Source: Deltaproteobacteria bacterium
GTDB lineage: Bacteria > Desulfobacterota > Dissulfuribacteria > Dissulfuribacterales > QOAL01
Length of the DNA stretch: 64,000 nt
NCBI GenBank assembly: GCA_015494395.1
Contig: WGBG01000068.1
Location: 34,079-98,078, forward strand
Direction of reading: 5' to 3'
Below, one piece after another: positions 39,855 through 50,051 of the stretch; the stretch's first letter is position 1; each line of letters starts with the position of its first letter. A program made the translations under genes and the position numbers. Below the pieces are notes generated by a model. It saw only the letters and a list, made by a program, of their open reading frames with translations, ran no database searches and was not told the origin of the DNA.

Positions 39855-40295
39855 ATGGGTGCGCGGTCAAGGGCAAGGGAAATAGCGCTTCAGATACTGT
39901 TTCAATACGAATGGAACAGTGGTTACAGCATGGAACAGGTGCTTCAGGAGTATGTGAGCGGTCTTCTTGCAGGAAGACCTGCTGACAATGAATATACCCT
40001 TGAGTTTGCCAGACGGTGCATAAGAGGTGTGCTGGAGCATCGGGAGCAGATTGATTCTGTCATTGCCCGCCATGCCAAAAAGTGGCGTCTTGACCGCATG
40101 TCAAATGTTGACAGAAACATATTGAGGCTTGGGGTTTTTGAGATACTCTTTGCCCCGGACATACCGGGAAAGGTAGCGGTCAACGAGGCTGTAGAGCTTG
40201 CCAAACGCTACGGAACCGACGAATCAGGCGCATTTGTAAATGGCATTCTTGACAGTGTGCTAAACGAGGCTGAACATCAGTCTGGGCAGCAATGA
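39855..40295 (+). CDS. nusB: transcription antitermination factor NusB
   Basis: MGARSRAREIALQILFQ is a typical NusB N-terminus. The 39714 start in the ORF track would read through MITE-2 copy C, so I rejected it. Confidence 0.88.
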   Translation: MGARSRAREIALQILFQYEWNSGYSMEQVLQEYVSGLLAGRPADNEYTLEFARRCIRGVLEHREQIDSVIARHAKKWRLDRMSNVDRNILRLGVFEILFAPDIPGKVAVNEAVELAKRYGTDESGAFVNGILDSVLNEAEHQSGQQ

Positions 40296-40340
40296 GCTTT
40301 GGATTTTGCCACTGTATGCACATGAAAACTTACACGGATT

Positions 40341-42854
40341 ATGAAGTACAATTTTGAAGAGATAGAAAAACGCTGGCAGGATAAGTGGGAGAGAGAGAAG
40401 TCTTTTGCTGTTGCTGATGATGCTGATTCTCCAAGGTATTATGCTTTGGAGATGTTTCCGTATCCTTCAGGCAGGATACACATGGGGCATGTGCGGAATT
40501 ACAGCATAGGGGATGTTATTGCACGCTTCAAGCGCATGAAGGGATTCAGCGTCCTGCACCCAATGGGATGGGATGCCTTTGGCCTTCCTGCAGAGAATGC
40601 GGCGATAAAGCATGGTATTCATCCTGCTGCCTGGACCATGGACAACATAGACTACATGCGGAAGCAGCTACGAAGATTGGGGCTTTCGTATGACTGGGAC
40701 CGGGAGATAGCAACCTGCCATCCTGATTATTACAGGCATGAGCAGCTCTTTTTTATACAGATGCTTAAAAAGGGCCTTGCCTACAGAAAGCGTACAAAGG
40801 TCAACTGGTGCGAAAGCTGCCACACAGTGCTTGCAAACGAACAGGTTGAGGAGGGGTGCTGCTGGCGTTGCGATAATGAGGTGCAGGCACGTGAGATCGA
40901 CGGCTGGTTTTTCCGTATAACAGACTATGCTGAGGAGCTTCTTGAAGGGTGCGATACCCTGTCCGGCTGGCCTGAAAAGGTCCTGGTAATGCAGCGTAAC
41001 TGGATAGGAAAGAGCGAAGGTGCAGAGATTGTCTTTGATGTAAAGGATAGAGACGGACTCAGTATCACTGTTTTTACCACCAGGCCGGATACCCTGATGG
41101 GTGCAACTTTCATGAGCATTTCACCTGAGCATCCGGTTGCAATGGAGCTTGCAGAGGGTACTGGTCAGGAAGATGAGGTAAAGGCATTTATTGACAAATT
41201 CAAGCGGGAAAAGGCAAGGAAGGAGTACGGAGACACTGAAAAGGAGGGGGTATTTTCCGGTTCCTATGCCGTTCATCCTGTAACTGGTGATGTTATACCC
41301 ATATACCTGGCCAATTTCGTGCTGATGGAATACGGGACAGGCGCTGTTATGGCAGTCCCTGCCCATGACCAGAGAGATTTTGAGTTTGCCTCCCGCTATA
41401 ATCTTCCAGTGAAGCTGGTAATTAAGCCAGATGCAGATGTTGATGGATTTGACGTCAATAATCTTGAGGCAGCATGGGAGGGAACAGGTCATCTTGTAAA
41501 CTCGGGTGAGTTTGATGGCCTTTTCAATGAGAAGGCAAAAAAAGAGATAACCGCCTGGCTTGAGAAGCAGGGCAGGGGGCGTTCCAGGGTGACATACAGG
41601 CTTCGGGACTGGGGCATTTCCAGGCAGCGTTTCTGGGGCGCCCCCATTCCGGTTGTCCACTGTGAAAAGTGCGGAGTGGTCCCTGTGAGGGAGGGGGACC
41701 TTCCTGTGGTGCTTCCGGTGGATGCTGTGCCTGACAGTGCAGGCAGGTCACCTCTGCCCCAGCTTGAAAGTTTCTGGCGCACCAGGTGCCCGTCCTGCGG
41801 TGGCGATGCCCGCAGGGAAACCGATACCATGGATACATTTGTTGAGTCATCATGGTATTTTGCCCGTTATATCTGCCCCAGGGATGATAAACCTCTGGAT
41901 AAGGAGAAGGTGGACAGGTGGCTTCCTGTGGACCAGTACATCGGGGGCATTGAGCATGCAATCCTGCACCTGCTCTATTCCAGGTTTTTTACCCGGGCGC
42001 TCCGGGACCTTGGGTGGCTTTCAGCAGATGAGCCATTCAAAAATCTACTTACCCAGGGGATGGTGCTGAAAGATGGCTCAAAGATGTCCAAGTCCAAGGG
42101 AAATGTCGTTGATCCAAGCGACATGATAAAGGCCTATGGTGCTGACACTGTGCGTCTGTTCATACTGTTTGCCGCACCGCCTGAACGTGACCTTGAGTGG
42201 AGTGACAAGGGGGTTGAGGGGGCACATCGTTTTCTCCAGCGCCTCTGGCGAACAGTTACAGAGAATCGTGAGCATATTGTCTCTGCTTCGCCATTTGATT
42301 CAGGCATGCACAGCCAGCTTCCTGATGATTTGAAGAAACTCAGGATGAAGACCCATTCCACCATAAGCAGGGTTACCAAGGATATTGACAAGCGTTTCCA
42401 CTTTAATACAGCAATAAGTGCCATAATGGAGCTTATGAATGAGGTCGGGGCTGTGCTCAAAGGGGCAGTTCCGGAAGGTGAAGAAGCGCCGGTGCTTGAT
42501 GACACCGCTTGGTCAGTGGTACGTGAGGCACTGGAACATACCCTGATCATGCTTAATCCCATTGTGCCTCACATAACTGAAGAACTGTGGCACATTCTCG
42601 GGCATGAAGATGATCTCTGGGCAGTAGAGTGGCCCGAGGCTGATGCCGTAGCCATGAAGTCGGATACTGTCAAGATAGTAGTCCAGGTAAACGGCAAGGT
42701 CCGGGCAAATATAATGGTGGATGCCGGGGCTGACCAGGAAGCTGCCCAGGCTGCAGCCCTTGATGATGCAAATGTCAAACGGCATTTAGAGGGTAAACAG
42801 ATACGAAAGGTTATCTACGTTCCCGGACGCCTCCTTAATATAGTTGCAGGATAG
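40341..42854 (+). CDS. leuS: leucine--tRNA ligase
   Basis: 837-aa ORF with HMGHVRNY (HIGH) and KMSKSKGN (KMSKS). Confidence 0.97.
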   Translation: MKYNFEEIEKRWQDKWEREKSFAVADDADSPRYYALEMFPYPSGRIHMGHVRNYSIGDVIARFKRMKGFSVLHPMGWDAFGLPAENAAIKHGIHPAAWTMDNIDYMRKQLRRLGLSYDWDREIATCHPDYYRHEQLFFIQMLKKGLAYRKRTKVNWCESCHTVLANEQVEEGCCWRCDNEVQAREIDGWFFRITDYAEELLEGCDTLSGWPEKVLVMQRNWIGKSEGAEIVFDVKDRDGLSITVFTTRPDTLMGATFMSISPEHPVAMELAEGTGQEDEVKAFIDKFKREKARKEYGDTEKEGVFSGSYAVHPVTGDVIPIYLANFVLMEYGTGAVMAVPAHDQRDFEFASRYNLPVKLVIKPDADVDGFDVNNLEAAWEGTGHLVNSGEFDGLFNEKAKKEITAWLEKQGRGRSRVTYRLRDWGISRQRFWGAPIPVVHCEKCGVVPVREGDLPVVLPVDAVPDSAGRSPLPQLESFWRTRCPSCGGDARRETDTMDTFVESSWYFARYICPRDDKPLDKEKVDRWLPVDQYIGGIEHAILHLLYSRFFTRALRDLGWLSADEPFKNLLTQGMVLKDGSKMSKSKGNVVDPSDMIKAYGADTVRLFILFAAPPERDLEWSDKGVEGAHRFLQRLWRTVTENREHIVSASPFDSGMHSQLPDDLKKLRMKTHSTISRVTKDIDKRFHFNTAISAIMELMNEVGAVLKGAVPEGEEAPVLDDTAWSVVREALEHTLIMLNPIVPHITEELWHILGHEDDLWAVEWPEADAVAMKSDTVKIVVQVNGKVRANIMVDAGADQEAAQAAALDDANVKRHLEGKQIRKVIYVPGRLLNIVAG

Positions 42855-42864
42855 TTGCAGTATA

Positions 42865-43413
42865 ATGATCAGACTAACTCTGAGTACCAGCTTTGGCATC
42901 AGGTCTTTAAGACTTGCCTTCTGTCTATTTCTTGTATTTATGACTGGCGCATGTGGTTATCACAGGCTGGATACAGCAGCAAACCTTCCGGACTGGATAA
43001 AGACCATCTATATTGAGCCATGGGAGAATAACACCACTGAGACAGAGATGCCGGTGTGGATTACTGAGAATCTGAGGGAGGAATTCTTGCGTGACAGCGG
43101 GCTTGAGCTGGTCTCGCGTGATCAGGCAGACGTGATACTTACCGGAAGGGTTGAATCAGTCAATGTTTCTGGTATCTCATACATCAGTTATGACAGGGCA
43201 GTTGAAGAGAGGGTCTATGCGATCCTGTCTGTAAGGCTGTATGAAAGAAAGAGCGGTGCAGAGGTGTGGCAGCTTTCAGATCTGCGCAGGGAAGAAAATT
43301 TTTATGTTGCAAAAGAGCTGATGCAGACAGAGAGCCTGAAAAATGATGCTCTGAAAAAACTCTGTCGAAATGTTGCCGAGACCATTCACCACAGGGTGAC
43401 AGGGGTATTTTAG
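42865..43413 (+). CDS. lptE: LPS-assembly lipoprotein LptE-like
   Basis: Lipobox MTGAC followed by GYHRL, and a conserved position immediately after leuS. ATG 42865 is preferred over the overlapping TTG 42844. Confidence 0.65.
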   Translation: MIRLTLSTSFGIRSLRLAFCLFLVFMTGACGYHRLDTAANLPDWIKTIYIEPWENNTTETEMPVWITENLREEFLRDSGLELVSRDQADVILTGRVESVNVSGISYISYDRAVEERVYAILSVRLYERKSGAEVWQLSDLRREENFYVAKELMQTESLKNDALKKLCRNVAETIHHRVTGVF

Positions 43414-43485
43414 GGCCTTCAGTCTCAAAGATGACACTCTGACGTGTCGGACACTTATTCAATAATGGAATATGGAGCCTGGTGA

Positions 43486-43530
43486 AAAAGGCCGCATCCC
43501 GTATGCATCCATACGAATATGCGGCCTTTT
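43486..43530. terminator. bidirectional rho-independent terminator between lptE and rpsT
   Basis: Outer stem GGCCGCAT (43490-43497) / ATGCGGCC (43519-43526) and inner stem CGTATG/CATACG. An A-run lies on the left and a T-run on the right. Confidence 0.8.
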
Positions 43531-43580
43531 GATTGCTTTTGGGTTTAGTTGCTTGATTTTGTTACCGGGGCAGGGCTTTT

Positions 43581-43856
43581 TTAACCTTCCTGTGCCTTAA
43601 GTGAATTTACAAGTCTTGCAAGACGTGCAACCTTCCTTGAAGCGGTCTTCCTGTGCAGGGTGGGCTTCCTGCCAATCTTGTCAATATATTTCTGGGCATC
43701 GATAAATGCTGTTTGTGCATTTTCCAATGATTTTTCCGCCACAGCATTTTCAACCTTCTTGATTAGATTTTTGATGCGTGTCTTGCGAATCTTGTTTCTC
43801 GCGCGTCTTTTCTCATTCTGCCTGATTCTCTTAAGCGCTGACTTATGGTTAGCCAA
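43581..43856 (-). CDS. rpsT: 30S ribosomal protein S20
   Basis: 91-aa ORF beginning MANHKSALKRIRQNEKRRARN. Confidence 0.95.
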   Translation of the reverse strand: MANHKSALKRIRQNEKRRARNKIRKTRIKNLIKKVENAVAEKSLENAQTAFIDAQKYIDKIGRKPTLHRKTASRKVARLARLVNSLKAQEG

Positions 43857-44126
43857 TTCCGTCCTCCTGAAACTGTAATTAAAAAATTTTTGAATGTTAT
43901 ACAGATATTAAACTGGGAAGCATTATACGTTCAGTAAATATCCTGATGGTTCAATATCTAAATTTTTTGAAATTTACTCACTCTTTCCAGTAACAACGGC
44001 GTTTAATACTATGTATGCAGGTTCATGTCAATAAAAAGCCGGGAATATTACATGGGGAAGCCTGTGACCTGTCAAACTTTTGGTTATTGGGATATGCCTT
44101 CCCTCTGTATGACAGTCATGCCCCAG

Positions 44127-44948
44127 CTATACTGTCCAGATTTCCACGTTGGCCCCTGTCTGAACACCAAGAATATCTTCTGCGCTAGCCTTATTTGCAG
44201 CAATTTCCATCAGGCCGAAGCTTCCCTCAAGACACAGAAGCCCGCCTGGTTCTGCATCGCTGTAGGTGTTAAGAACAGGAATGTCGTGGCCTGCGATCCT
44301 TGCCGTTGCTGCACCTGATTTAAGGGAGTTGCTGCTGTTTGCCCTGATATTTGTAATCAGGTTTCCAAATCCGTCTATGTATATTATTTTACCCCTGATT
44401 ACATTGTCTACGTAGTCTGGTTCCGGCCATTCAAGTATGATGGGCGCATCACACGGGGGGCCAATTTCTTCAAGGGCGATACCTGCCGTGATATGTGCTG
44501 CTACTGGTGCAAAAATGTCCCGTGCGTGAAATGTGCTGCTTATGTCATTGAGGTACAAATTGCGATTTTCTATGTAATAGCACTCAAGTTGATCTGGTTT
44601 TGCAAGATCTCTGATAACTCCGGTTATAAGACCGTTATCGGGCAATACAAAAATATTTCCTGAACGGTTATCGGGAAGCCTTGCCACAATCCCCCTGCGG
44701 CTGGAGCCAACTCCAGGATCAACTACTGAAAGGAACACGGTCCTTCCTGGAAAATACCGGTATGAGCCTGCAAGCATCAGTGCCCCTGCAGTTATGTCCT
44801 GGGGAGGGATGGCGTGGGTGATATCAATTATCCTGGTATCAGGGGCTATTGAGGCAATCACACCTTTTACTATTCCAGCATAGGGATCGGTCAGACCAAA
44901 ATCGCTCAGAAAGGCAATTATTGAAGGGGATTTTGCTGTGTTATTCAT
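44127..44948 (-). CDS. SAM hydrolase / SAM-dependent halogenase family protein (DUF62)
   Basis: 273-aa ORF with the N-terminal FLSDFGLTDPYAGIVKGVI block typical of the S-adenosyl-L-methionine hydroxide adenosyltransferase family. Confidence 0.8.
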   Translation of the reverse strand: MNNTAKSPSIIAFLSDFGLTDPYAGIVKGVIASIAPDTRIIDITHAIPPQDITAGALMLAGSYRYFPGRTVFLSVVDPGVGSSRRGIVARLPDNRSGNIFVLPDNGLITGVIRDLAKPDQLECYYIENRNLYLNDISSTFHARDIFAPVAAHITAGIALEEIGPPCDAPIILEWPEPDYVDNVIRGKIIYIDGFGNLITNIRANSSNSLKSGAATARIAGHDIPVLNTYSDAEPGGLLCLEGSFGLMEIAANKASAEDILGVQTGANVEIWTV

Positions 44949-45013
44949 GCTTGCAAGGGAATAGCTGAGATTTGTTGTGGAAATGGAATGGAAAACAGGA
45001 GAAGGAAGGCGGA

Positions 45014-45090
45014 TGGTCGGGACGAGAGGATTTGAACCTCCGACCCCCTGAACCCCATTCAGGTGCGCTGCCAGACTGCGCTACGTCCCG
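45014..45090 (-). tRNA. tRNA-Pro (anticodon GGG)
   Basis: The 77-nt reverse complement is CGGGACGTAGCGCAGTCTGGCAGCGCACCTGAATGGGGTTCAGGGGGTCGGAGGTTCAAATCCTCTCGTCCCGACCA. It folds by hand into a cloverleaf with acceptor CGGGACG/CGTCCCG, anticodon stem CCTGA/TCAGG, loop AUGGGGU, a T-arm with TTCAAAT and an encoded CCA. Confidence 0.9.
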
Positions 45091-45290
45091 ACACTTGTTT
45101 CTTTATACCCCTGAGGGCATGAATGTTTTGAAACGAGGCACGGATAACATTTTTGCATTGATGCGTCAAGATTTTTGTCCAGGCAGGTTGCAGGCGCACC
45201 GCAAATAATATAACCCTGAACTGGGGGTATGAAAGACCGGAACGTGTGGTTCAAGTCGTTCCTTAGCCCCAGTTTGTCAAAAGATACAAA

Positions 45291-45656
45291 ATGGTTACAG
45301 GAGGTTTGGTGAAAATGGCCCATTTTCTTCATAAAGATTCATATACCTTTGAAGATCATCCCCTTTTTGAAAAGGTCAGGATAGCAAAACTGGCCGGAAA
45401 CGCCCAGAACTCCCCTGTAGGGGTTTCAATGCTTGAGTTTGAATCTGGTGCTCAGGTGCCGGTTCATGTACATGATGACAGTATTGACTCCATTTATGTA
45501 ATGTCCGGCAGTGCTGAAATATTTGCAGATGGTAAGTGGCGGCCTGTAAGTGCTGGAGATTATTGCCTGGTGCCTGCAGGTGAGGAGCACGGGGTCAAAA
45601 ATACCGGCCAGGAACCTTTGAGGCTTTTTATAGTCCATTCTCCTCCGCTATTTTGA
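45291..45656 (+). CDS. cupin domain protein
   Basis: 121-aa ORF with cupin motifs (VPVHVHDDSIDSIYVMSG ... GEEHGVKN). Confidence 0.75.
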   Translation: MVTGGLVKMAHFLHKDSYTFEDHPLFEKVRIAKLAGNAQNSPVGVSMLEFESGAQVPVHVHDDSIDSIYVMSGSAEIFADGKWRPVSAGDYCLVPAGEEHGVKNTGQEPLRLFIVHSPPLF

Positions 45657-45806
45657 TTTCTGCAGGTAGCGGTTTGGGTGGCAGACATATTTTTTATATA
45701 TGTCCCTTTTGTTGGTCAAGTGGCATGCCCTGCCTTGACCTGTCTATGTCATGCATCTATAGTATCCCCTTTAAAGTCCGGTAGTTTATGCTGATTTTTA
45801 TTGATA

Positions 45807-46030
45807 CCTGGATTGAGCGATTGTCGGATTTGCTGCAGATCCGCGAAAGAGGAATTTCCATAATAGTCGGCTATATGGAAATTCCTCTGACAAAGGAGAT
45901 GCAGTGAATCCGCCAATCCCGAAGGGTTTCAAAAGTTGAAGAGTATTATAGGTGTAACTCCTTTTGATATCGTATAAAATCATTATCGTATAAAATCATT
46001 TCTTCAAACTTTTGAAACGCTCAATTCAGG
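45807..46030 (-). mobile_element. MITE family 2, copy D (224 bp)
   Basis: Perfect 5-bp TSD TGATA at 45802-45806 and 46031-46035. It is 16 bp longer than the other copies because of an internal tandem duplication, ATCGTATAAAATCATT x2 (45969-46000). Confidence 0.92.
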
Positions 46031-46057
46031 TGATAAACAATTTATAGGAAACCTGAA

Positions 46058-47128
46058 ATGATAAATAAATGTATTGTAGCAGTTCTGCTCCTGGCCTGTT
46101 GTATCATGGCCGGAATGCTTAGTTCCTGCAGTTCAGGTGGCGGGCTGAAAGACGCCATCCTTCAACCAAAGGAGAGTGATGCCAAGAAAGAGGCAGAGCT
46201 TGCCAAGATGACACCCGAGGAGCGCAAGAAGCAGGCGGAGATAGATCAGATGGAGGATGAGATTGTGGCCTCTCCCTTCATGGTAACATCTGATTATTTC
46301 AGGAAGACTGCAGGGAAGGAGGGGGCAACGCTTCATCTTTTTGGCAGTGCGGAGCAGAGCAAAAAAGAAAAGGAGCTTGAAGAGAGGCTTGCAAAGCTTG
46401 AAAAAAGGCTTCAGGGCATACCGGAACGTGCCAAGGACAGTCATGGCATGCCGGTTCTTAGAAGAAAGGTGGTGCTCCTCTCTCTGCTTGGTGACCTTGG
46501 GCTTGATGTCCTGTCACTTCTTCCTGCTGCCCTCCGGCGCACTGACGGTATAGTGCCTGTGGACGCATCCCAGCTTGCCCAGTATCTCCAGGAACATGGC
46601 CGGAACGTGGCAGAGCTTGCCTCTGCTGCAACAAGGCGTGAGGTGGCTGCCGAGGTTGGTATCCAGGCATATATCCTCATCTATTTCCCCCAGTCAGACC
46701 AGAGTGTAAAGGGTAAAAAGACAGTCCTGCGTCTTGATGTCATTCATGCCACAGAAAGTGTGCTCATCGGCTCATATCTTTCAAGCATAGAGGATTTTGA
46801 TAAGGTAGCCAAAAAGATATCAGCAGATGTGGTAAGGGCAACGGACTGGTCCTGCAGGATTATAAAGATAGAGGATGACAGGGTCTATCTCAATGCCGGA
46901 AGGCTTACAGGCCTTCAGCCGGGAGACAAGTTGAGGGCATACAGGCGGGGTAAGGAAATTATTGATCCAATCACCAAGCGTTCTCTTGGCTTTGGCCCTG
47001 GAAAGGTGACAGGCGATCTTGAGGTTAAGGAGTTCTTTGGGACCGATGCCTCAACCGCTGCGATCATCTCTGATAATGGCCTTGGTCAGGGAGATATTGT
47101 CAAGATGCTTGAGCTTGCTCCATATTGA
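46058..47128 (+). CDS. hypothetical lipoprotein
   Basis: 356-aa ORF with a signal peptide and lipobox (MLSSC), a Lys/Glu-rich linker and a C-terminal globular part of unknown family. Confidence 0.6.
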   Translation: MINKCIVAVLLLACCIMAGMLSSCSSGGGLKDAILQPKESDAKKEAELAKMTPEERKKQAEIDQMEDEIVASPFMVTSDYFRKTAGKEGATLHLFGSAEQSKKEKELEERLAKLEKRLQGIPERAKDSHGMPVLRRKVVLLSLLGDLGLDVLSLLPAALRRTDGIVPVDASQLAQYLQEHGRNVAELASAATRREVAAEVGIQAYILIYFPQSDQSVKGKKTVLRLDVIHATESVLIGSYLSSIEDFDKVAKKISADVVRATDWSCRIIKIEDDRVYLNAGRLTGLQPGDKLRAYRRGKEIIDPITKRSLGFGPGKVTGDLEVKEFFGTDASTAAIISDNGLGQGDIVKMLELAPY

Positions 47129-47167
47129 TGCTGAACCGTAAGTTGAGTGTTTTTTAATAAATTTTTA

Positions 47168-47392
47168 GCAACTGTTCAGCGCATTCACCTTAATAAGGTT
47201 GGCAAATGGTCTTGTTTTTCCGTTCCGGTGAATAATTTCTTGTTTTTCTAAGGCTTGCTTCGCCAAAATCGCGAAACTCGCTCGTACCTCGCTCAGACAG
47301 ACGCGATTTTTTGGGCTGCGCTTCGCCAAGAAATACTACGAAATTCTTCAGAGTCATTCCAAAACAAGACCATTTGTCACGTGAACAGATAT
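47168..47392 (+). mobile_element. MITE family 1, copy 7 (225 bp)
   Basis: Termini GCAACTGTTCAGCG...CGTGAACAGATAT. TSD AATTTTTA (47160-47167) / AGTTTTTA (47393-47400) matches 7/8. Confidence 0.88.
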
Positions 47393-47443
47393 AGTTTTTA
47401 TTAGTTCAATTCAGCAATAAGACAAGAAAGGAAATGAAAAATA

Positions 47444-49135
47444 ATGCATCCGCTTTTAACAGATGATCCAGGCAAAAAAATGCTCCTGCTTGGAAACGAG
47501 GCAATAGTGCGGGGGGCAGTGGAGGCAGGCATGTCCGTTGCCGCCGCTTATCCCGGCACCCCATCATCCGAGATTGGTAACAACCTGTTTCAGATTACAC
47601 AGGACAGGGAATCTGGAATTTACTTTGAATTTTCCACCAACGAGAAGGTGGCAATGGAGGTGGCTGCCGCAGCCTCTGCCGCAGGCCTCAGGACCCTGAC
47701 CTGTATGAAGCATGTTGGCATGAACGTGGCCTCTGACGTGCTCATGACCCTGGCATATCTGGGCATCAGGGGAGGTATGGTGATTGTTTGTGCCGATGAT
47801 CCATCCATGCACTCAAGCCAGAACGAGCAGGACAACCGCTATTATGCAAAGCTTGCAGGGCTTCCAGTCCTTGAACCTGTCTCAGCCCAGGAGGCAAAGG
47901 ACATGACCAGGGCTGCCTTTGATATTTCAGAGGAGCTTGGGGTGCCGGTAATACTTCGCACCACCACACGAACAGCCCATGTGAGAGGACCTGTGGAGCT
48001 TGGTGATCTTCCTGCTGAAAGAAAACAGAAGGGGCGTTTTGAAAAGACCCCCATGCGCTGGGTGCCTGTGCCAGCAGTTGCCAGGATCAGACACAAGGCG
48101 CTGCTTGAGATCCAGGAAAAGGCAGCAGGTGTGGCTGAGAAGTCAGAATTTAACACCATTACCGGAAGTGGCGCCATTGGTATTCTGGCATCAGGAGTTG
48201 CCGCCTGCTACGTCAAGGACTCAATCTCCGAGCTTGGGTGCGAAGAAAATGTAAAATTTTTAAGGCTTGGATTCACCTATCCTGTGCCTGAAGCGCTTTT
48301 CCTCTCATTCCTTGATGGCCTTGAAAAGGTGCTTGTAGTAGAGGAGCTTGAGCCCTTTCAGGAGGAGGCACTCAGGGTGGTAGCCCAGAAAAACGGAATT
48401 AATGTTGAGATACTTGGAAAGGCAAGTGGTCATTTGCCGCGTCTTTACGAGTTTGACCCGGCACAGGTGAGAAGCGCCATTGCATCGGCTGCGGGGATTG
48501 ATGTTTCTTCCCCTGACATGCCTGACCTCTCCGGTATTCCACAACTTCCAATGCGGCCTCCCACACTTTGCAAGGGCTGTCCACACAGGGAGACCTACAA
48601 CGAGATCAAGGAAGTGCTCACTGAGCTTGGCATGGTGGAAAACACCGTGTATCCGACAGATATCGGCTGTTACACTCTTGGCATGCTTCCTCCAATCGGC
48701 ATGGCAGACTACCTGCTCTGCATGGGTTCAAGTGTTGGGACATCGGCAGGATTTTCCATTGCAACAGACCAGAAGATAGTCTCATTCATTGGAGACTCCA
48801 CCTTCTTCCATTCAGGAATATCTTCTCTGTGCAGTGCAGTGCACAACGAACACAACTTCTGTCTTGTTATCCTTGATAACAGCACCACGGCAATGACCGG
48901 TCATCAGCCTAACCCCGGCATATCTCTGCGGCCTCCCGGATATGACAAACCCAGGATAGCCATTGAAGACGTGGTCAGGGGGTGTGGAGTTAAGAATTTC
49001 TACAGGATCAATCCTTACAAGAAGTCCGAGGCAATGGGAGTGCTGAAGGATGCCCTGGCTCAGGACGGCGTAACTGTGGTTGTTGCCGAGGCCCCCTGTG
49101 TGCTCTACTACAAGAGGGTTGGAGGAAAGAAATAA
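47444..49135 (+). CDS. iorA: indolepyruvate/2-oxoacid:ferredoxin oxidoreductase alpha subunit (short form without the C-terminal ferredoxin domain)
   Basis: 563-aa ORF with TPP-enzyme blocks (AAYPGTPSSEI, GDSTFFHSG) and the CKGCPHR motif, followed by iorB. Confidence 0.8.
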   Translation: MHPLLTDDPGKKMLLLGNEAIVRGAVEAGMSVAAAYPGTPSSEIGNNLFQITQDRESGIYFEFSTNEKVAMEVAAAASAAGLRTLTCMKHVGMNVASDVLMTLAYLGIRGGMVIVCADDPSMHSSQNEQDNRYYAKLAGLPVLEPVSAQEAKDMTRAAFDISEELGVPVILRTTTRTAHVRGPVELGDLPAERKQKGRFEKTPMRWVPVPAVARIRHKALLEIQEKAAGVAEKSEFNTITGSGAIGILASGVAACYVKDSISELGCEENVKFLRLGFTYPVPEALFLSFLDGLEKVLVVEELEPFQEEALRVVAQKNGINVEILGKASGHLPRLYEFDPAQVRSAIASAAGIDVSSPDMPDLSGIPQLPMRPPTLCKGCPHRETYNEIKEVLTELGMVENTVYPTDIGCYTLGMLPPIGMADYLLCMGSSVGTSAGFSIATDQKIVSFIGDSTFFHSGISSLCSAVHNEHNFCLVILDNSTTAMTGHQPNPGISLRPPGYDKPRIAIEDVVRGCGVKNFYRINPYKKSEAMGVLKDALAQDGVTVVVAEAPCVLYYKRVGGKK

Positions 49136-49719
49136 TGAGACAGAGAATACTTTTTACAGGTGTAGGCGGCCAGGGCACCCTTCTGGCCTCAAGGCTTCTT
49201 GGAGAGGCTGTCATGGCAGAGGGGCTTGATGTCTGTGTCAGCGAGGTGCATGGCATGGCACAGCGCGGAGGCGTGGTTGAGTCAACTGTTATGCTGGGCG
49301 GGATCTCAGGACCCATCATATCAGAGGGTGAAGCAGATGTGCTGGTCAGTTTTGAGCCCCTTGAGACCATCAGGGCACTTCCCAAGTGCTCAAGGAAATC
49401 TATAATCATTACCAACACGGTTCCCATTGAGCCTTTCACAGTAAAACTGGGCCAGGCAGAGTATCCTGATGTTGATCAGTGGGTAGGCTTTATGAAGGAT
49501 AACTATGCCAATGTCAAGGCCCTTGATGCTGATTCACTTGCAAAGGAGGCAGGAACTGCAAAGGCGGTCAACGTGGTGCTTATCGGCACCCTGGCTGCCA
49601 CAGGCGTACTCCCTGTCTCTGCGGATGTGCTGCGTGAGACCATCAGGCGTACAGTAAAGCCCAAGTTTGTAGATGCAAACCTTAAGGCATTTGAGCTTGG
49701 CATGAAGGCCGCTGCCTGA
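49135..49719 (+). CDS. iorB: indolepyruvate oxidoreductase beta subunit
   Basis: 194-aa ORF with the GVGGQG motif. Its start overlaps the iorA stop. Confidence 0.8.
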   Translation: MRQRILFTGVGGQGTLLASRLLGEAVMAEGLDVCVSEVHGMAQRGGVVESTVMLGGISGPIISEGEADVLVSFEPLETIRALPKCSRKSIIITNTVPIEPFTVKLGQAEYPDVDQWVGFMKDNYANVKALDADSLAKEAGTAKAVNVVLIGTLAATGVLPVSADVLRETIRRTVKPKFVDANLKAFELGMKAAA

Positions 49720-49739
49720 GAATAGGAGTTTTGCAAACC

Positions 49740-50033
49740 ATGAATATCTTTAGAAACAGGGTGCTTAGGCTCCTCCTTGCAGTGGGAGTTATAATGCTAT
49801 TCAGCCTCACGCTGTCATCATGTACGGAGAGGCAGCGCAAGAATCTCAAGCATATGAAATCGGATATCATAGGCCTTAAGCGAAAGATTACCCTGTACGA
49901 CTGCAATGGTAAGGTAATCCGGCAGTGGGAGGGCAGGTTCAAGGTGGAGACCATTGGTGCCTATGTGTCGTTCATTGATGACGATGGAAAGGATATCAAG
50001 ATCAGTGGCACTGTGGTGGTTGAGGAGTTGTAA
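49740..50033 (+). CDS. small hypothetical lipoprotein
   Basis: Signal peptide with lipobox LSSC. ATG 49740 sits 11 nt after an AGGAG RBS and is preferred over TTG 49731. Confidence 0.5.
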   Translation: MNIFRNRVLRLLLAVGVIMLFSLTLSSCTERQRKNLKHMKSDIIGLKRKITLYDCNGKVIRQWEGRFKVETIGAYVSFIDDDGKDIKISGTVVVEEL

Positions 50034-50051
50034 TTAATCTTTTCTTCTCCA

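Noticed and set aside
39698-39985. An ORF encoding KPFGIAVFTASPLSEESPYSRLLWEFLFRGSAANPTIAQSR is shared by five MITE-2 copies (also 23064-23258, 45798-45983, 57336-57542 and 60388-60612).
   Set aside because: The frame is kept only because the copies have no indels. Most differences between copies are non-synonymous. There is no conserved start, and the ORFs terminate in unrelated flanking DNA. The region coincides with the covarying hairpin 2. The D/F subtype does have an SD-like AAGGAG/AGGGAG plus an ATG in frame, so a small peptide cannot be fully excluded.
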